A stretch of 64,000 nt of DNA from an uncultured Kofleriaceae bacterium (GTDB lineage Bacteria > Myxococcota_A > Polyangia > Haliangiales > Haliangiaceae): the NCBI GenBank assembly GCA_964602685.1, contig CAZRSQ010000002.1, forward strand, positions 4,217-68,216, written 5' to 3'. The notes below the pieces were generated by a model. That model was not told the DNA's origin. It saw only the letters and a list, made by a program, of their open reading frames with translations, and searched no databases. Positions 18,292-28,700 of this stretch are shown here, piece after piece (the stretch's first letter is position 1; the number at the start of each line of letters is the position of its first letter). The translations under genes were made by a program, and so were the position numbers.

Positions 18292-19289
18292 GCCAGCTCC
18301 TCCGTTAGGTTGGTGGCGCGCCCGCCGAAGTCGAGGTGCTCCTGGAGTGCGCCGTCCAGCCTAGCCAGCACGATCTCATCACTGTCGTCGTCGAGATCTT
18401 CGCGCAGCGCCTCCAGGCGCGAGTCCGCGTCGAGCGTCTCCGGGTAGATCGCCGGAAGCAGGCGTGCAAGCACCGCTCGCTGCCACTCGTGCACCGGTTC
18501 CCCGGCGCGCTGAAGATCGCGCGCAGCGCGCCAGAACAGCCGCGACCACACGCCGTACGAGATCTGACCGAACAGCACGTCGCGCAGGCGGGCGACGCGC
18601 CCCACGGTCCCGCCACCGTCCAGCACCGAGCAGACCTTGGCATGGTCGAGGTTGATCCACAGCACTGGCGCATCACCGTCGCAGTCGAGTTGATACATGG
18701 AGGCCGGGTGCGGAAACCGCGGCGGCCCGGATTCACGGAAGCTCTCGTAGCGGATGTCGAGATACTCGCCCGTTGGAGAGCGGACCTCGTCGACGCGGAT
18801 CTCCACCGTCGCGCCGGTCGCCAGGCGGCTGCCGGTGGCGTCGGCGAAGCCATCGTCCGCCGCGTCGCGTCCAGTTGATCGGATCAGGACCGGCGTCAAC
18901 TCAACCGCGCCCTGCAGCTCACTGCGCACGAGCGTGACCTCGCCGGCGCTCATGCCGACCGACAGCCGCGCTTCGCCAAGCGCGACCGCGCGGCGGATCC
19001 GGGTCGCCGAGCAGGTCACGATGACCATCAGGCGTCCGGGCGGCGCGGTGCGCTCCTCGGGCGAAAACAAGGACTCCACCAGGTCGGCCCCTAGGCTCAC
19101 TTCGACGCGAACGCGGGCGGTCGACCACCGCGATGACGAAAGCTCCAGCACCCGCCGCTCGGCGTCGTAGGCCGCGGTCACATCGCGATCACCGTCGAGC
19201 CGGCACTGCTGAACCGAGAACCCCAGACCGTGGTCCACGAAGGCGTAGGGCAGGAAGCGCTGCTTGCGGACAGTGAACGCCCGGGTCAC
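18288..19289 (-). CDS. Uncharacterised protein, fourth gene of the five-gene operon
   Basis: GTG 19289 overlaps the stop of the GHKL gene (GTGA). The 333-aa product begins VTRAFTVRKQRFLPYAFVDHGLGF... with normal composition. The N-terminal 255 aa of the 588-aa track ORF are Arg/Gly-rich artefact that overlaps the GHKL gene. Confidence 0.6.
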   Translation of the reverse strand: MTRAFTVRKQRFLPYAFVDHGLGFSVQQCRLDGDRDVTAAYDAERRVLELSSSRWSTARVRVEVSLGADLVESLFSPEERTAPPGRLMVIVTCSATRIRRAVALGEARLSVGMSAGEVTLVRSELQGAVELTPVLIRSTGRDAADDGFADATGSRLATGATVEIRVDEVRSPTGEYLDIRYESFRESGPPRFPHPASMYQLDCDGDAPVLWINLDHAKVCSVLDGGGTVGRVARLRDVLFGQISYGVWSRLFWRAARDLQRAGEPVHEWQRAVLARLLPAIYPETLDADSRLEALREDLDDDSDEIVLARLDGALQEHLDFGGRATNLTEELA

Positions 19290-21154
19290 GGCGGCGCCCC
19301 CACGCGGCTGCGCGCCTCGAGCATCACGGCACGCCGCCCACCCGGTGCCGGCGACAGGACCGCGCTCGTCCCGGTGAACACCAGCCGCGGTCCGCGCACC
19401 ACGAGGACCGCGGCCCCGTCGACCAGATAGACCTCGGCGCCGGTGCGGGTCTCGAGCTGTTCGATCGCCACCGCCGACAGCTCGGCGCCGTCCTCCCCGC
19501 TCTCGCTCAGCCGCAGCGCACACTCCCACTGGTCGAGCTCCAGGGCGGGACGAACCTCGCCCTGGAAGTGCCACCGGCCATCCGCGAAGCGCGCCACCAG
19601 GTCGCGCACATGGAACGCCGACGTGCCGCGCCCACCGCCGCCCTTGCTGCCCAGCGGGAACATGCGGCGGAGCCGTTCCGGCCCTTGTCGGCCGCGACGC
19701 GGCTGCGCGACCACGATCTCCTTGAGCGCCTCGTCGACCCGGTGACGAAGCTGCTCGAGCGCCTTGGCGTAGCCACGTTTGTAGTCCCCCTTGAGCGCCG
19801 CGGTGGACTCCCAGGTATCGTGCCCAGGCGGTTCGGCGGCGCGCAAGAAGCGCTCGACCGCGACGTCGATCTCGACCGGAGCCTCGGGGGCGCGGGCATC
19901 GCCGCAAGCGACCACCGCATGAAATGGCCGTGCACCGAGGGCCAGCCGCCGCTTGTCGGCGTACCAGATGATCATCCCAGGGCCGCGGAACCAGGCGACG
20001 TGACCAGCCAGCGGGTGACTCTCGCGTTCGTCCTCGGCGAACAGCCGCACGCAAAGGCGCACGTGTCCCTTGACCGCCGGCTGCCCATCAAGCCGGGCGG
20101 GGACCTCCAGCTCGATCTCCCGCACCACCACATCGCCCGCGGTATCGCGGGACGTACGCGTGGACGTGCGACCGCGGTATGCTTCGATGAACGGCCGGGT
20201 GAGTTGCAGGTCGCGCGCTGGAAGCATGGGGCGCGGGCGCGTCGCTGCCATCCACACCGTCAGCGGGTTTCCGGGCATGACCATCGCCGGCCAGAAGTCT
20301 CGCTCGACGGCCTCCTCGATGTCCTTCGCCAGGTCAGCCGCCGATCGGTCGGTGTCGGCCGCCGGATCCCGGAATCCCACGATGGCGATGCTCGTTCCGG
20401 GCACGTCGCTGCGCGCCAGCCCCAGCGCTCCCGCCAGCTCCGTCGCGTCGGCAGCCCACACCGATTCGGCGCGCTCGCCATCTCCATCCGAGACGCGACG
20501 GCCGAACCACCCCGAGCCCGAGTAGGCCGTCCGACCTCGCCGCGCGGCGCCGCGTGCGATCTCGTGGGTGGGCAGCTCCACGCGCCCGAAGAGGCGAGGC
20601 GATCGCTGTCCAGGGCCATCGATCGACAGGTTCGAGTTGAAGAGCACCATCGAGAGTCCCGAGAACGTCCACAACACCGATTTGCCGAGGCCGTAGCTGC
20701 CGCCCGCACGTTCGTTCTGCTTGTGGCTGAACAGGGTGTCCTTGCAAAGCGCGCGGAAGTGCGAGTCGCCCTCCAGTTCATGCCCGGTCAACCCGACCGT
20801 GTGTCGGTCCTCGACTACCAGGACCAGCAGTCGTTGCTTGCGGTCCATGTCGTCGAGAAATCCGTGCAGATGCCGCCCTCCACGAGTGCTCGCAGCAGCG
20901 CGCAAATGCGGCTCCAGGGTCGGCCACGAAACCGCCGCGAGGAATCCCGCAAGTGGGTCACCGGCCAGTTCCATGAAGCGAAAATGGATCTCGGGCGCTC
21001 CGGTCCGCTGATCGTTGGCGTTCTGCACGACCTCGCGCACGAAGCTGGTGACGGTCTGGCGGAAGACGTGGCTCGCGGGATCGCCCCCTCGCCGCGCCCC
21101 CGACGCCGGCAAGGGGTCGAACACCCACTGTGCTTTCTCGTGCTTGCCAGGCAC
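19286..21154 (-). CDS. GHKL-superfamily (MORC/paraMORC/sacsin-like) ATPase
   Basis: GTG start. It has an N-box-like FVREVVQNANDQ and a glycine-rich lid motif AGGSYGLGKSVLWTF. 622 aa, 5 nt downstream of the BrxL-like gene. Confidence 0.75.
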   Translation of the reverse strand: MPGKHEKAQWVFDPLPASGARRGGDPASHVFRQTVTSFVREVVQNANDQRTGAPEIHFRFMELAGDPLAGFLAAVSWPTLEPHLRAAASTRGGRHLHGFLDDMDRKQRLLVLVVEDRHTVGLTGHELEGDSHFRALCKDTLFSHKQNERAGGSYGLGKSVLWTFSGLSMVLFNSNLSIDGPGQRSPRLFGRVELPTHEIARGAARRGRTAYSGSGWFGRRVSDGDGERAESVWAADATELAGALGLARSDVPGTSIAIVGFRDPAADTDRSAADLAKDIEEAVERDFWPAMVMPGNPLTVWMAATRPRPMLPARDLQLTRPFIEAYRGRTSTRTSRDTAGDVVVREIELEVPARLDGQPAVKGHVRLCVRLFAEDERESHPLAGHVAWFRGPGMIIWYADKRRLALGARPFHAVVACGDARAPEAPVEIDVAVERFLRAAEPPGHDTWESTAALKGDYKRGYAKALEQLRHRVDEALKEIVVAQPRRGRQGPERLRRMFPLGSKGGGGRGTSAFHVRDLVARFADGRWHFQGEVRPALELDQWECALRLSESGEDGAELSAVAIEQLETRTGAEVYLVDGAAVLVVRGPRLVFTGTSAVLSPAPGGRRAVMLEARSRVGAPP

Positions 21155-21159
21155 CGAGA

Positions 21160-23199
21160 TCAGCCCACCACGCTCGGCAGCAGCGCGTGCTGAAGGACTT
21201 CCTCGATCCGCTCGACCGTGACGATCTCGATCTTGCCGAGCACGTCGTCAGGAACATCGCGCAGATCCGCGGCATTCGCCGCCGGGATGATAACCGTGCG
21301 CCGCTGGTGGTGTGCCGCTGCCACGATCTTCTGCGGTACACCGCCCACCGCCTCGATGCTGCCGTGGAGCGAGACCTCGCCGGTCATGGCGATGCCGGGC
21401 CGTACCGGCAGCTTCAACGCAGCCGACACCATCGCGGTGACGAATGCGATCCCGGCGGACGGGCCGTCCTTCGGATCAGCGATGTTGACCAGGTGGACGG
21501 CAGTCTGGGCTCCGGAGAGGCGTGCTGCCGCGGCATTCCATGGCGCCGGCAACAACTGGAGGGTCTGGTAGGCGGTCCGGACCGAGTCCTCGAGTACCTT
21601 GCCACGCAGCCCGGTGACGCTCGGTCCAGGCCGACCGTTCAAGCTGGACACTTCGATGAAGAAGACGTCGCCGCTGATCGCGGCGTCGCCGCGAGTCAGG
21701 ACGACGAGTCCAGTCACGTGGCCTACGATCGGATCGCGGTTCGCGCGCGCATCCCGTTGCTGGAGCTTCTGGGTATCGACGAGGTCGCGCGCATCCTGCT
21801 CGACCATGCCCGCAAAGGTGATCGCTCTTCGCGAGAATTCACCTGGCGCGATGTGGGTGAGCTGATTGTGCACACGCTGCCGCAGCTCGACGCCGAAGCG
21901 CAGACACGCCCGGCGATCGTCATCACTGGCGTTGCCGTCGGGGAACAGCAGCTTGAACATTCCATTGGCCACCCGCAGCGCCCCGCGCTCGTCACGCACG
22001 GTCGCAGGCGCCTCGATCCGGAGATCGGCGAAGTGCTTGCCGACATCCTCCGCGCGCAGTTCACGAAGCACCTCGCCGAAGTAGTCGATCACGAAGCCGA
22101 CGCCACGGGCGAGGGAGCTCTGGCTCACCTTCGGGATCTCCCAGCCCGGGATGTACCCGTGGATGCGGTCCAGGAATGCCGCATCGATCAAGGCTGCGGG
22201 CAGGTCCTCGAACAAGTGCGTGTAGCCATCACGTGGTGACTCGCCGGTCACATCCAGGTTCCCGGCCAGGACCAGGCTCGCGTCGGACGGAAAACGCCGG
22301 GCGCCACGGCTGAACTCGCCGCTCTCCATGTAGTCCTTGAGCGTCGCCACCACTTCTCGATCGGGGAACGTGGTCGCGGCGATCTCATCGAACACGATGA
22401 CCTTGCGGGTCCCGAGGATGCCGACGCGCCCGGTCTGCTTGTTCACGAACAGCGTCGCCGGCGACGGACGCCCGCCCGAGATCGTGAACACCGATGGCGA
22501 CACGTTGCGCAACAGGAACGTCTTCCCGGTGCCGCGCGGTCCCAGCTCGATCATGTTCACGTTGTGCTCGACGAGGGGCACGAGGCGCGCGAGCAAGAGC
22601 CACTGCTGTCGCATCGTCAAGGCATCCGGCTCGTACCCGGCGCTCCGGAGCAGCAGCCGGATCCACTGTTCGGTCGTGAAGCGCGCGCGGCCAGCTCGGT
22701 AACTCGCCACGTCGGGACGCGCGACCTGGAACGGCACGAAGTCGGCCACCGCCAGCCGTGGCTCGACCTCGGCATCGTACGTCAGACTGATCGTTCCCCA
22801 CAGCCCGCCGTTGAGCGCGGCCTCGTAGCGGTCGACAAGCCTGGCGTCGATCGCCAGCTTCTCGCCGTGCAGACAGTTGACCCTAGCCCAGTGGCGTCCG
22901 GCCCCGAGGTCGGTCTCGACCTCGAGATGGTCGATGACCGTGTGGGCTCCGTTCTGAAGGAGCTTGTTCTTGATGAGCTCCTTCTGATCCGCCTCCGGGA
23001 TACGGCCACGGATCCGCTCCTTGATCGACGCCACGCCCTCCTGCTCACGACCCGGCTTCACGAACTTCGCGATCAGGTACTCGGCGACGTAGCGCGGGAG
23101 CCGATGGAAGATCTCCTGATTCGCGAGGAGCTTGTCGACAACCCGGTCGCCGTAGACCTCGCGCGCGAGCACCGCATCGCCTTCGATCGTGGACGTCAT
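21160..23199 (-). CDS. BrxL-like AAA+ ATPase / Lon-type protease (orphan paralogue, catalytic dyad retained)
   Basis: Its N-terminus and AAA+ core align with the BREX brxL at 39336-41369: LPRYVAEYLIAKF vs VPVFVLEYLLGKY, Walker A GPRGTGKTFL vs GPRGTGKSYV, and FLDRIHGYIPGWEIPK vs FLDRLHFYLPGWEVPK. The C-terminal Lon domain keeps DGPSAGIAF and GGVPQKI (Ser-Lys dyad). Confidence 0.85.
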   Translation of the reverse strand: MTSTIEGDAVLAREVYGDRVVDKLLANQEIFHRLPRYVAEYLIAKFVKPGREQEGVASIKERIRGRIPEADQKELIKNKLLQNGAHTVIDHLEVETDLGAGRHWARVNCLHGEKLAIDARLVDRYEAALNGGLWGTISLTYDAEVEPRLAVADFVPFQVARPDVASYRAGRARFTTEQWIRLLLRSAGYEPDALTMRQQWLLLARLVPLVEHNVNMIELGPRGTGKTFLLRNVSPSVFTISGGRPSPATLFVNKQTGRVGILGTRKVIVFDEIAATTFPDREVVATLKDYMESGEFSRGARRFPSDASLVLAGNLDVTGESPRDGYTHLFEDLPAALIDAAFLDRIHGYIPGWEIPKVSQSSLARGVGFVIDYFGEVLRELRAEDVGKHFADLRIEAPATVRDERGALRVANGMFKLLFPDGNASDDDRRACLRFGVELRQRVHNQLTHIAPGEFSRRAITFAGMVEQDARDLVDTQKLQQRDARANRDPIVGHVTGLVVLTRGDAAISGDVFFIEVSSLNGRPGPSVTGLRGKVLEDSVRTAYQTLQLLPAPWNAAAARLSGAQTAVHLVNIADPKDGPSAGIAFVTAMVSAALKLPVRPGIAMTGEVSLHGSIEAVGGVPQKIVAAAHHQRRTVIIPAANAADLRDVPDDVLGKIEIVTVERIEEVLQHALLPSVVG

Positions 23200-23201
23200 C
23201 C

Positions 23202-24923
23202 TCAGTTCTCCTCATCGTCGAAGAGCGAGTCGAGAAGCGGATTGGCGCGCACGCCACCGGCGATGACCGGCTCGGCCAGGAGCGACGGCTCGGGAACTGG
23301 CTCTGGGGCCATGACCTGCGGCGGAGGCTCGGGCAGACGGGACTCCTTCGCCGAATCGAGGCCGAGCTCGGTTGCGTACACGACGACCAGGTCGTCGGCG
23401 TACGCACCGGCCGGACAGAGTTCGCGAAGATCATCCAGCAGCTGTCGCCGCTGGGCAGTAGTCAGCGTCTCCCGGAGCTGTCCCACGACCTGCACGAGGT
23501 CAACGTGAGTCGACGCGTACTGATGCGCGAGCGCGCGCAGTCGAATCTGGTCGGCCGCCCCCAGCGCCAGCTCTCGTGCCGCCAGCTCGACCGCCCGCCG
23601 GCGGCCGCCCTCGTCGAGCCGTTGGATCGCCGCCGCGTTCTGCACCAGGAACTGGAGCCGCAACGCGGCCCTCTCGAACGCAGTGACTGCGGGGCGGACT
23701 GGCGGTAGCGAGTCCGGAGGCTTGTTCTTGATGGGTCCTGGCGGCCTCGGGTCCTGGGGGATCGACGTGTCGCCCGAGGTACGGCGGACGATGGTGGTCC
23801 GAGCTGCGATACCCGGCGACTGCGTCACCCGCAGCAGGTCCGGGTCGCTGACGTACCCTCCTGCGTCGAGCACGCGCCCGAGGTCCCTCACGGCCCGCGT
23901 CGTGAGGCGCTGGTCGGCGGTGTATCGCCCGAGCTTGTTCACCAGCGTCTTGATCAGGAGGCTGGCTCGTGGGCGTGCCTGCGTATGCTCACCCAACCAG
24001 GCGAGGAAGGTGTCGTCGAGCGACTCCTCCTCGGGTTCGTCGAGCGCGACCTCGTCCTCCGAGAGTCTCGCGAGCGTCCACGGACGAGTCGAGAGACGAA
24101 CGATGTCCTCGGCGGCAACCTCGGAGAACTTGTCGTCGTACCAGTGGACGAGCACGTCTCCGCTATCGGGATCGACCTTGATCACCCGAGCGGGCTCGTG
24201 GACCCTGCCGCGATACCTGGCCGCGACGATTGCGCCATGCGCGATGGGCACGTGCGACGCCTCGTCGGCGCGCTCGTCATCGAGATCAGCGGCATGTCGC
24301 TTCCGGGCGATGTCTCCGTCGCCGTCGAGGAAGTACAGGTAGCGTGAGTAGTCCATGGCGATGCCAGCGTTGACGACCCTCACAGCCTTGCCCTTCGGCT
24401 GCCCCGGTCGCTTGCGCGGCACCGCCCACAGATCTCCGTCCTTGACGTAGTACATGAGTGAGGAGTCGCGCACGACACCGGCGCGGAAGACCTTCTCCGC
24501 CTCGCCGCGCAGCTCAACGGCCTCCACGTCCTCCAGATCCTCCGCTTCCTCATCGAGGTCGTCCTCGCGAACGAAGCGAATCGGCGATCTGCGTCCGAGC
24601 GGACGCACTTGCATGGCCTTCGGGTCTCCCTTCCAGAGGAGACGAAGAAGTGTTTCGAGCTCTGACCGCGCTGCCTGCCCTACATACGTGAAGTAGCCGG
24701 TGACGCCCCCGTGATCCGTGAAGACGTCTTTCGTCAGGTAGTCGACCATGTCGGACTTCCTGAGGAACGGCAGGAGCTCGTCGAGCTCGCCGCGCATCGA
24801 ACGCGCAAGCCGCGAGCGCTTGTCGAACTGGTCTCCGCCGGTCGGCAACCCTCGCTCTTCACACATGTCACGCAACCTTGAAGGCGTGATGCAGTCCAGG
24901 ACCTTCCGGATGTCGCTAGCCAT
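23202..24923 (-). CDS. Uncharacterised protein with SAP-like N-terminus and Tudor/Agenet-like central segment, first gene of the five-gene operon
   Basis: ATG 24923; the track start at 24929 is TTG. The N-terminus is SAP-like: MASDIRKVLDCITPSRLRDMCEERGLPTGGDQFDKRSRLARSM. The central segment is Tudor-like: GAIVAARYRGRVHEPARVIKVDPDSGDVLVHWYDDKFSEVAAEDIVRL. The tail is acidic. Its stop lies 2 nt before the BrxL-like start. Confidence 0.65.
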   Translation of the reverse strand: MASDIRKVLDCITPSRLRDMCEERGLPTGGDQFDKRSRLARSMRGELDELLPFLRKSDMVDYLTKDVFTDHGGVTGYFTYVGQAARSELETLLRLLWKGDPKAMQVRPLGRRSPIRFVREDDLDEEAEDLEDVEAVELRGEAEKVFRAGVVRDSSLMYYVKDGDLWAVPRKRPGQPKGKAVRVVNAGIAMDYSRYLYFLDGDGDIARKRHAADLDDERADEASHVPIAHGAIVAARYRGRVHEPARVIKVDPDSGDVLVHWYDDKFSEVAAEDIVRLSTRPWTLARLSEDEVALDEPEEESLDDTFLAWLGEHTQARPRASLLIKTLVNKLGRYTADQRLTTRAVRDLGRVLDAGGYVSDPDLLRVTQSPGIAARTTIVRRTSGDTSIPQDPRPPGPIKNKPPDSLPPVRPAVTAFERAALRLQFLVQNAAAIQRLDEGGRRRAVELAARELALGAADQIRLRALAHQYASTHVDLVQVVGQLRETLTTAQRRQLLDDLRELCPAGAYADDLVVVYATELGLDSAKESRLPEPPPQVMAPEPVPEPSLLAEPVIAGGVRANPLLDSLFDDEEN

Positions 24924-25107
24924 GTCCAAGCGTGCCCCCTCGTCTGCAGAATAGATCGGGGCGCACCCCCGGATGTCGCTCCCAAGACGATCGACCGGCG
25001 CGATTTCGAACAGCCCTGGCGCTCACCCGAACCGGGGGAGATCCGCATCGCGCTGGGAGCCACGTCCGCACGGCCGTTCGAACGAGCCTGCGTGTTACAA
25101 ACGGCCG

Positions 25108-25773
25108 ATGAGCTCGCTGGAAGGACAGGGGCGCTTCGTCGCGGCGTCGCTGCGGCTGCTCCAGTTCGTGGAGCAGCGGCGGCCGACCGGGCGGCGGTTC
25201 GGCGCGGACGCGGATGCGCGCTGGGGCAGCTTCAAGGGTGACCTCCTGACGGCGCACCGGATCGAGCTGTTGATCCGCGACGCGGATGCCGAGTGGCCGG
25301 GCGCGTTCGGGGCGCGGAGCGTGTACGACCTGCGCGGCATCGCCGAGGACGAGCCATTCGGATCGCAGTGGGCGGGCGTGGACCCGATCGAGGCGGAGGA
25401 GCTGTGGCGAGCGCTGCGCGGCCAGAAGGCTCCGGAGTCCGCGAAGGACGTCTTGCGCGCCATCGCCGACGCCTGGGGGCTCACCCTCGAGGCGCACGAC
25501 GTCGGTAAGATCGGCCCGACCGATCGGCTCGTGATCGCCGGGCCCTCCGCGATCGCGGCGACGATCGAGGCGTTCGCCGGCGGCACGGCGCTCGACTGGG
25601 CGGACCAGGTCAGCGTGATCGCCACGCCGCCGGCTCACCGCCAGCTCGCCGCCGCGGCAACGGCCATCCTGGGATCCACGCGCCCGTGCCGGTTCGGACC
25701 GGGCCCCAAGGGCGCGCGGGTGATCGTGTCGAAGGACGTCGATCCCGCCGACCGCGCGGCGGCCGGAGACTGA
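25108..25773 (+). CDS. Hypothetical protein, coupled upstream partner of the PglW-like gene
   Basis: ATG 25108 (MSSLEGQGRFVAASLRLLQFVEQ...) with normal composition. Its stop at 25771-25773 lies 1 nt before the GTG start of the next gene. Confidence 0.5.
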   Translation: MSSLEGQGRFVAASLRLLQFVEQRRPTGRRFGADADARWGSFKGDLLTAHRIELLIRDADAEWPGAFGARSVYDLRGIAEDEPFGSQWAGVDPIEAEELWRALRGQKAPESAKDVLRAIADAWGLTLEAHDVGKIGPTDRLVIAGPSAIAATIEAFAGGTALDWADQVSVIATPPAHRQLAAAATAILGSTRPCRFGPGPKGARVIVSKDVDPADRAAAGD

Positions 25774-25774
25774 C

Positions 25775-28700
25775 GTGGCCCTGTCGCGCCAGCGCGTGCT
25801 CGCCGAGGGCACCACGCCCTATGCGCACGAGCGCGAGGGCGTGGCCTTCGCGCTCGGCGCGTTGCCCGACACCGACCCGTACCACGCCTGGGCACTCGTC
25901 GATCTGCTCGATCCCTCCACCGGACGGCTGCTCGAGATCGATCTGCTGGTGCTCGGCTATTCCTGCCTCTACCTCGTCGAGATGAAGGCCTGGCCGGGCC
26001 GCATCGAGGGCGACGCCATCGACTGGCGCTGGATCCCGCCCGAGGGCCGCGAGCGCTGGCGCGACAACCCGCGGCCGCTCGCGCATCGCAAGGCGCAGAT
26101 CCTGAAGTCTCGGCTCGAGCACGCGATGCCGACGGGGATGCGCGCCCCGTGGGTCGAGCCGCTCGTCTTCCTCACCGACAAGGACGTCAAGCTCGGCCTG
26201 ACTCCCGACGGCATCCTCGGCGTCATCCGGCGCGACGACTTCGCCGCCGCCATCACGCGGCACGACTTCCGCGGCGCCGACCCACGACACCAGGGCCGCG
26301 CCATCAACGAGCCCACCCGGCGCGCCGTGCTCGCCGCCATGCGCACCATCGGCATTCGCGAGCGCAAGGGCAAGCTCAACGTCGGATCCTACGTCCTCGG
26401 CGAGCTGCTCGCGGAGACCGACAGCTACCAGGATCGCGAGGCCACCCACCGCGAGATCCCGGCCCAGAAGCGCCGCGCCCGCACCTACCTCGTCCCCGCG
26501 CAGACTTCGGTCGAGCTGCGCCAGCAGCTCCGGCGCGCCGCCGACCGCGAGGCCCAGCTCCTCTACGAGGTCCGCGAGCACCCCTGCATCCTCCCGTACA
26601 CCGACTACGTCGGCGACGCCGAGGTCGGCCCCACCGTCCTCTTCGATGCCTTCCCCGACGGCATCCCGCTCGACGCCTTCCTGCGCCGCGAGCCCGACGT
26701 CACCTTCGCCGAGCGCGTCGCCATCCTCGGCGACGTCGCCCGCGCCCTCGCCCACTGTCACCGCCGCCGCGTCTTTCACGGCGGCGTGTCGCCGTCGGCG
26801 ATCCTGGTGCGCCGCCGCCCGTCGGGTGTCGAGACTCGCCTGTTCAACTTCCAGCTCGGCGGCGCGGAGGGCGTGGACGCCACCAGCCACCGCTCCGTCC
26901 TCGGCGACGAGCAAGTGCCGCTCTACCAGGCGCCTGAGCTGCGCCAGGGCCAGACCACGCCCGACGCCTCGTCGGACATGTTCAGCCTGGGGGCGGTCGC
27001 CTACCTGCTCTTCACCGGGCAACCTCCGGGCGCCACGCTCGCCGAGATCGACGAGCGGCTCCGCGTCCACCGGCGCCTCGACCCGCGCGCGGTGAGCGAC
27101 ACGATCCCCGGCGACGTCGCCGACCTGATCGCCGACGCCACGCACGAGACCATCTCGCTCCGCTACGACGACCCGGGCGGCTGGTTCGAGCTGCTCGTCG
27201 ATGAGATCACGAGCGCGACCGCCGCCCCCGCCGCGCCCGAGGTCAGCCCGCTCGACGCGCGCAAGGGCGACCTCGTCGGCGGCTACCTGGTGCACGGCGT
27301 GCTCGGCCACGGCGCATCGGCCCGCGTCCTCCACGTCGAGCGGGACGACGGCCGCGAGTTTGCGCTCAAGGTCTCGCTCGGCCCCGACCACGACGCCCGG
27401 CTCGCCGCCGAGGCCCGCGCCCTCGCCCGCCTGCGCCACCCTCGCATCGTCCAGCTCGAGGGCCCGCCCGAGCGCCAGCCGATCACCATCGGCGGCCGGC
27501 CCTGCCTGCTCATGTCGCTCGCCGGCGTCTCGCTCCAGCGCGAGCTCGCCGACCACGGCGCGGTCTCGCTCGACTTCGCCGCGCGCTACGGCACCGATCT
27601 GCTGTCGGCGCTCGAGCACCTCGAGGAAGAGGAGGTCGTCCACCGCGACATCAAGCCGGCCAACGTCGGCATCGGCGCGCTTCAGAAGAAAGCGTCGAGC
27701 CTGACGCTGTTCGACTTCTCGCTCGCCGGGATCGACCTCGCCGATGTGCGCGCCGGCACCGCGGCCTATCGCGATCCCGAGGTCGCCGCCCGCGGCCGCT
27801 GGGACGCCGCCGCCGATCGCTACAGCGCCGCGGTCACGCTCTACGAGATGCTCACCGGCCAGCGGCCCGAGCTCGGGCGCATCTCCCCCGAGCGCTTCGA
27901 CGCCGCCGTCCGCACCTCGCTGACCGCGTTCTTCAGCACCGCGTTCGCCTCCGGCGTGTCCGCACGCCATGTCAGCGCCAAGGTCATGCGGCGCGAGTGG
28001 GAGCGCGCCTTCGAGGCCCAGGCCCCGGTCGCGTCACCGGTCGCCGCCCCGGACGACGAGGAGCTCACCGACGCGGCCGTCGCCGCGATCACCGCCGATA
28101 CGCCGATCCACGCGCTCCCGCTCTCGGCGCGGGCCAAGAACGCGCTCGATCGCGCGGGCGTGCTGCACGTCATCGAGCTGCTCGGGCTCCCCCACAACCG
28201 CCTGTCGGCGATCCGCGGCGTGGGCAAGCAGGTCGCGCTCGACATCCTCGCCTTCCGCGATCGCTGGGCGCGCCTCACCGGCATCACGCCGGCCTCCGGC
28301 GAGCCCGCGTACTTCCCCGGCTATCGCGGCGACGACCTGATGGTCCACCTCGTCGCCCTGCCCGCGGTCACCGCCGAGCGCCTCGACGACGCCGGCCTGC
28401 GCTCGCTCCAGCAGATCGCCGCGGCGCCGCGCACCCAGCTCGCCAACCTCGCGCAGCACGGCGGCCTCGACGACGCCGCGCTCCGCGCCGTGCTCACCGC
28501 CGAGCACGACAAGGCCACGTCGCGCGCCCAGCCCACCACGCTCGCCACGTGGATCGATGCGCTCCTCCCCGCGGGCAAGAAGCGGTTCCAGCACGCGCGC
28601 GAGCTGTTCGGCCTCGAGGGCCCACACGCCGGACGCGTCGGCGTGAGCCCGCGCGAGCTCGCCGAGTCGCTCCAGCTCACGACCGCCGCGGTCTACATCG

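Noticed and set aside
18288-20054. 588-aa track ORF. Similar N-terminal over-extensions occur at 53088-54476 (462 aa), 59917-62217 (766 aa), 56253-58415 (720 aa), 30053-31528, 11997-12998, 33551-34582, 36653-37558 and 37398-38210.
   Set aside because: The upstream portions are Arg/Gly/Pro-rich and overlap the preceding well-supported gene. Internal ATG or GTG starts that coincide with the upstream stop codon, or with a lipobox or signal peptide, give far more plausible gene models.
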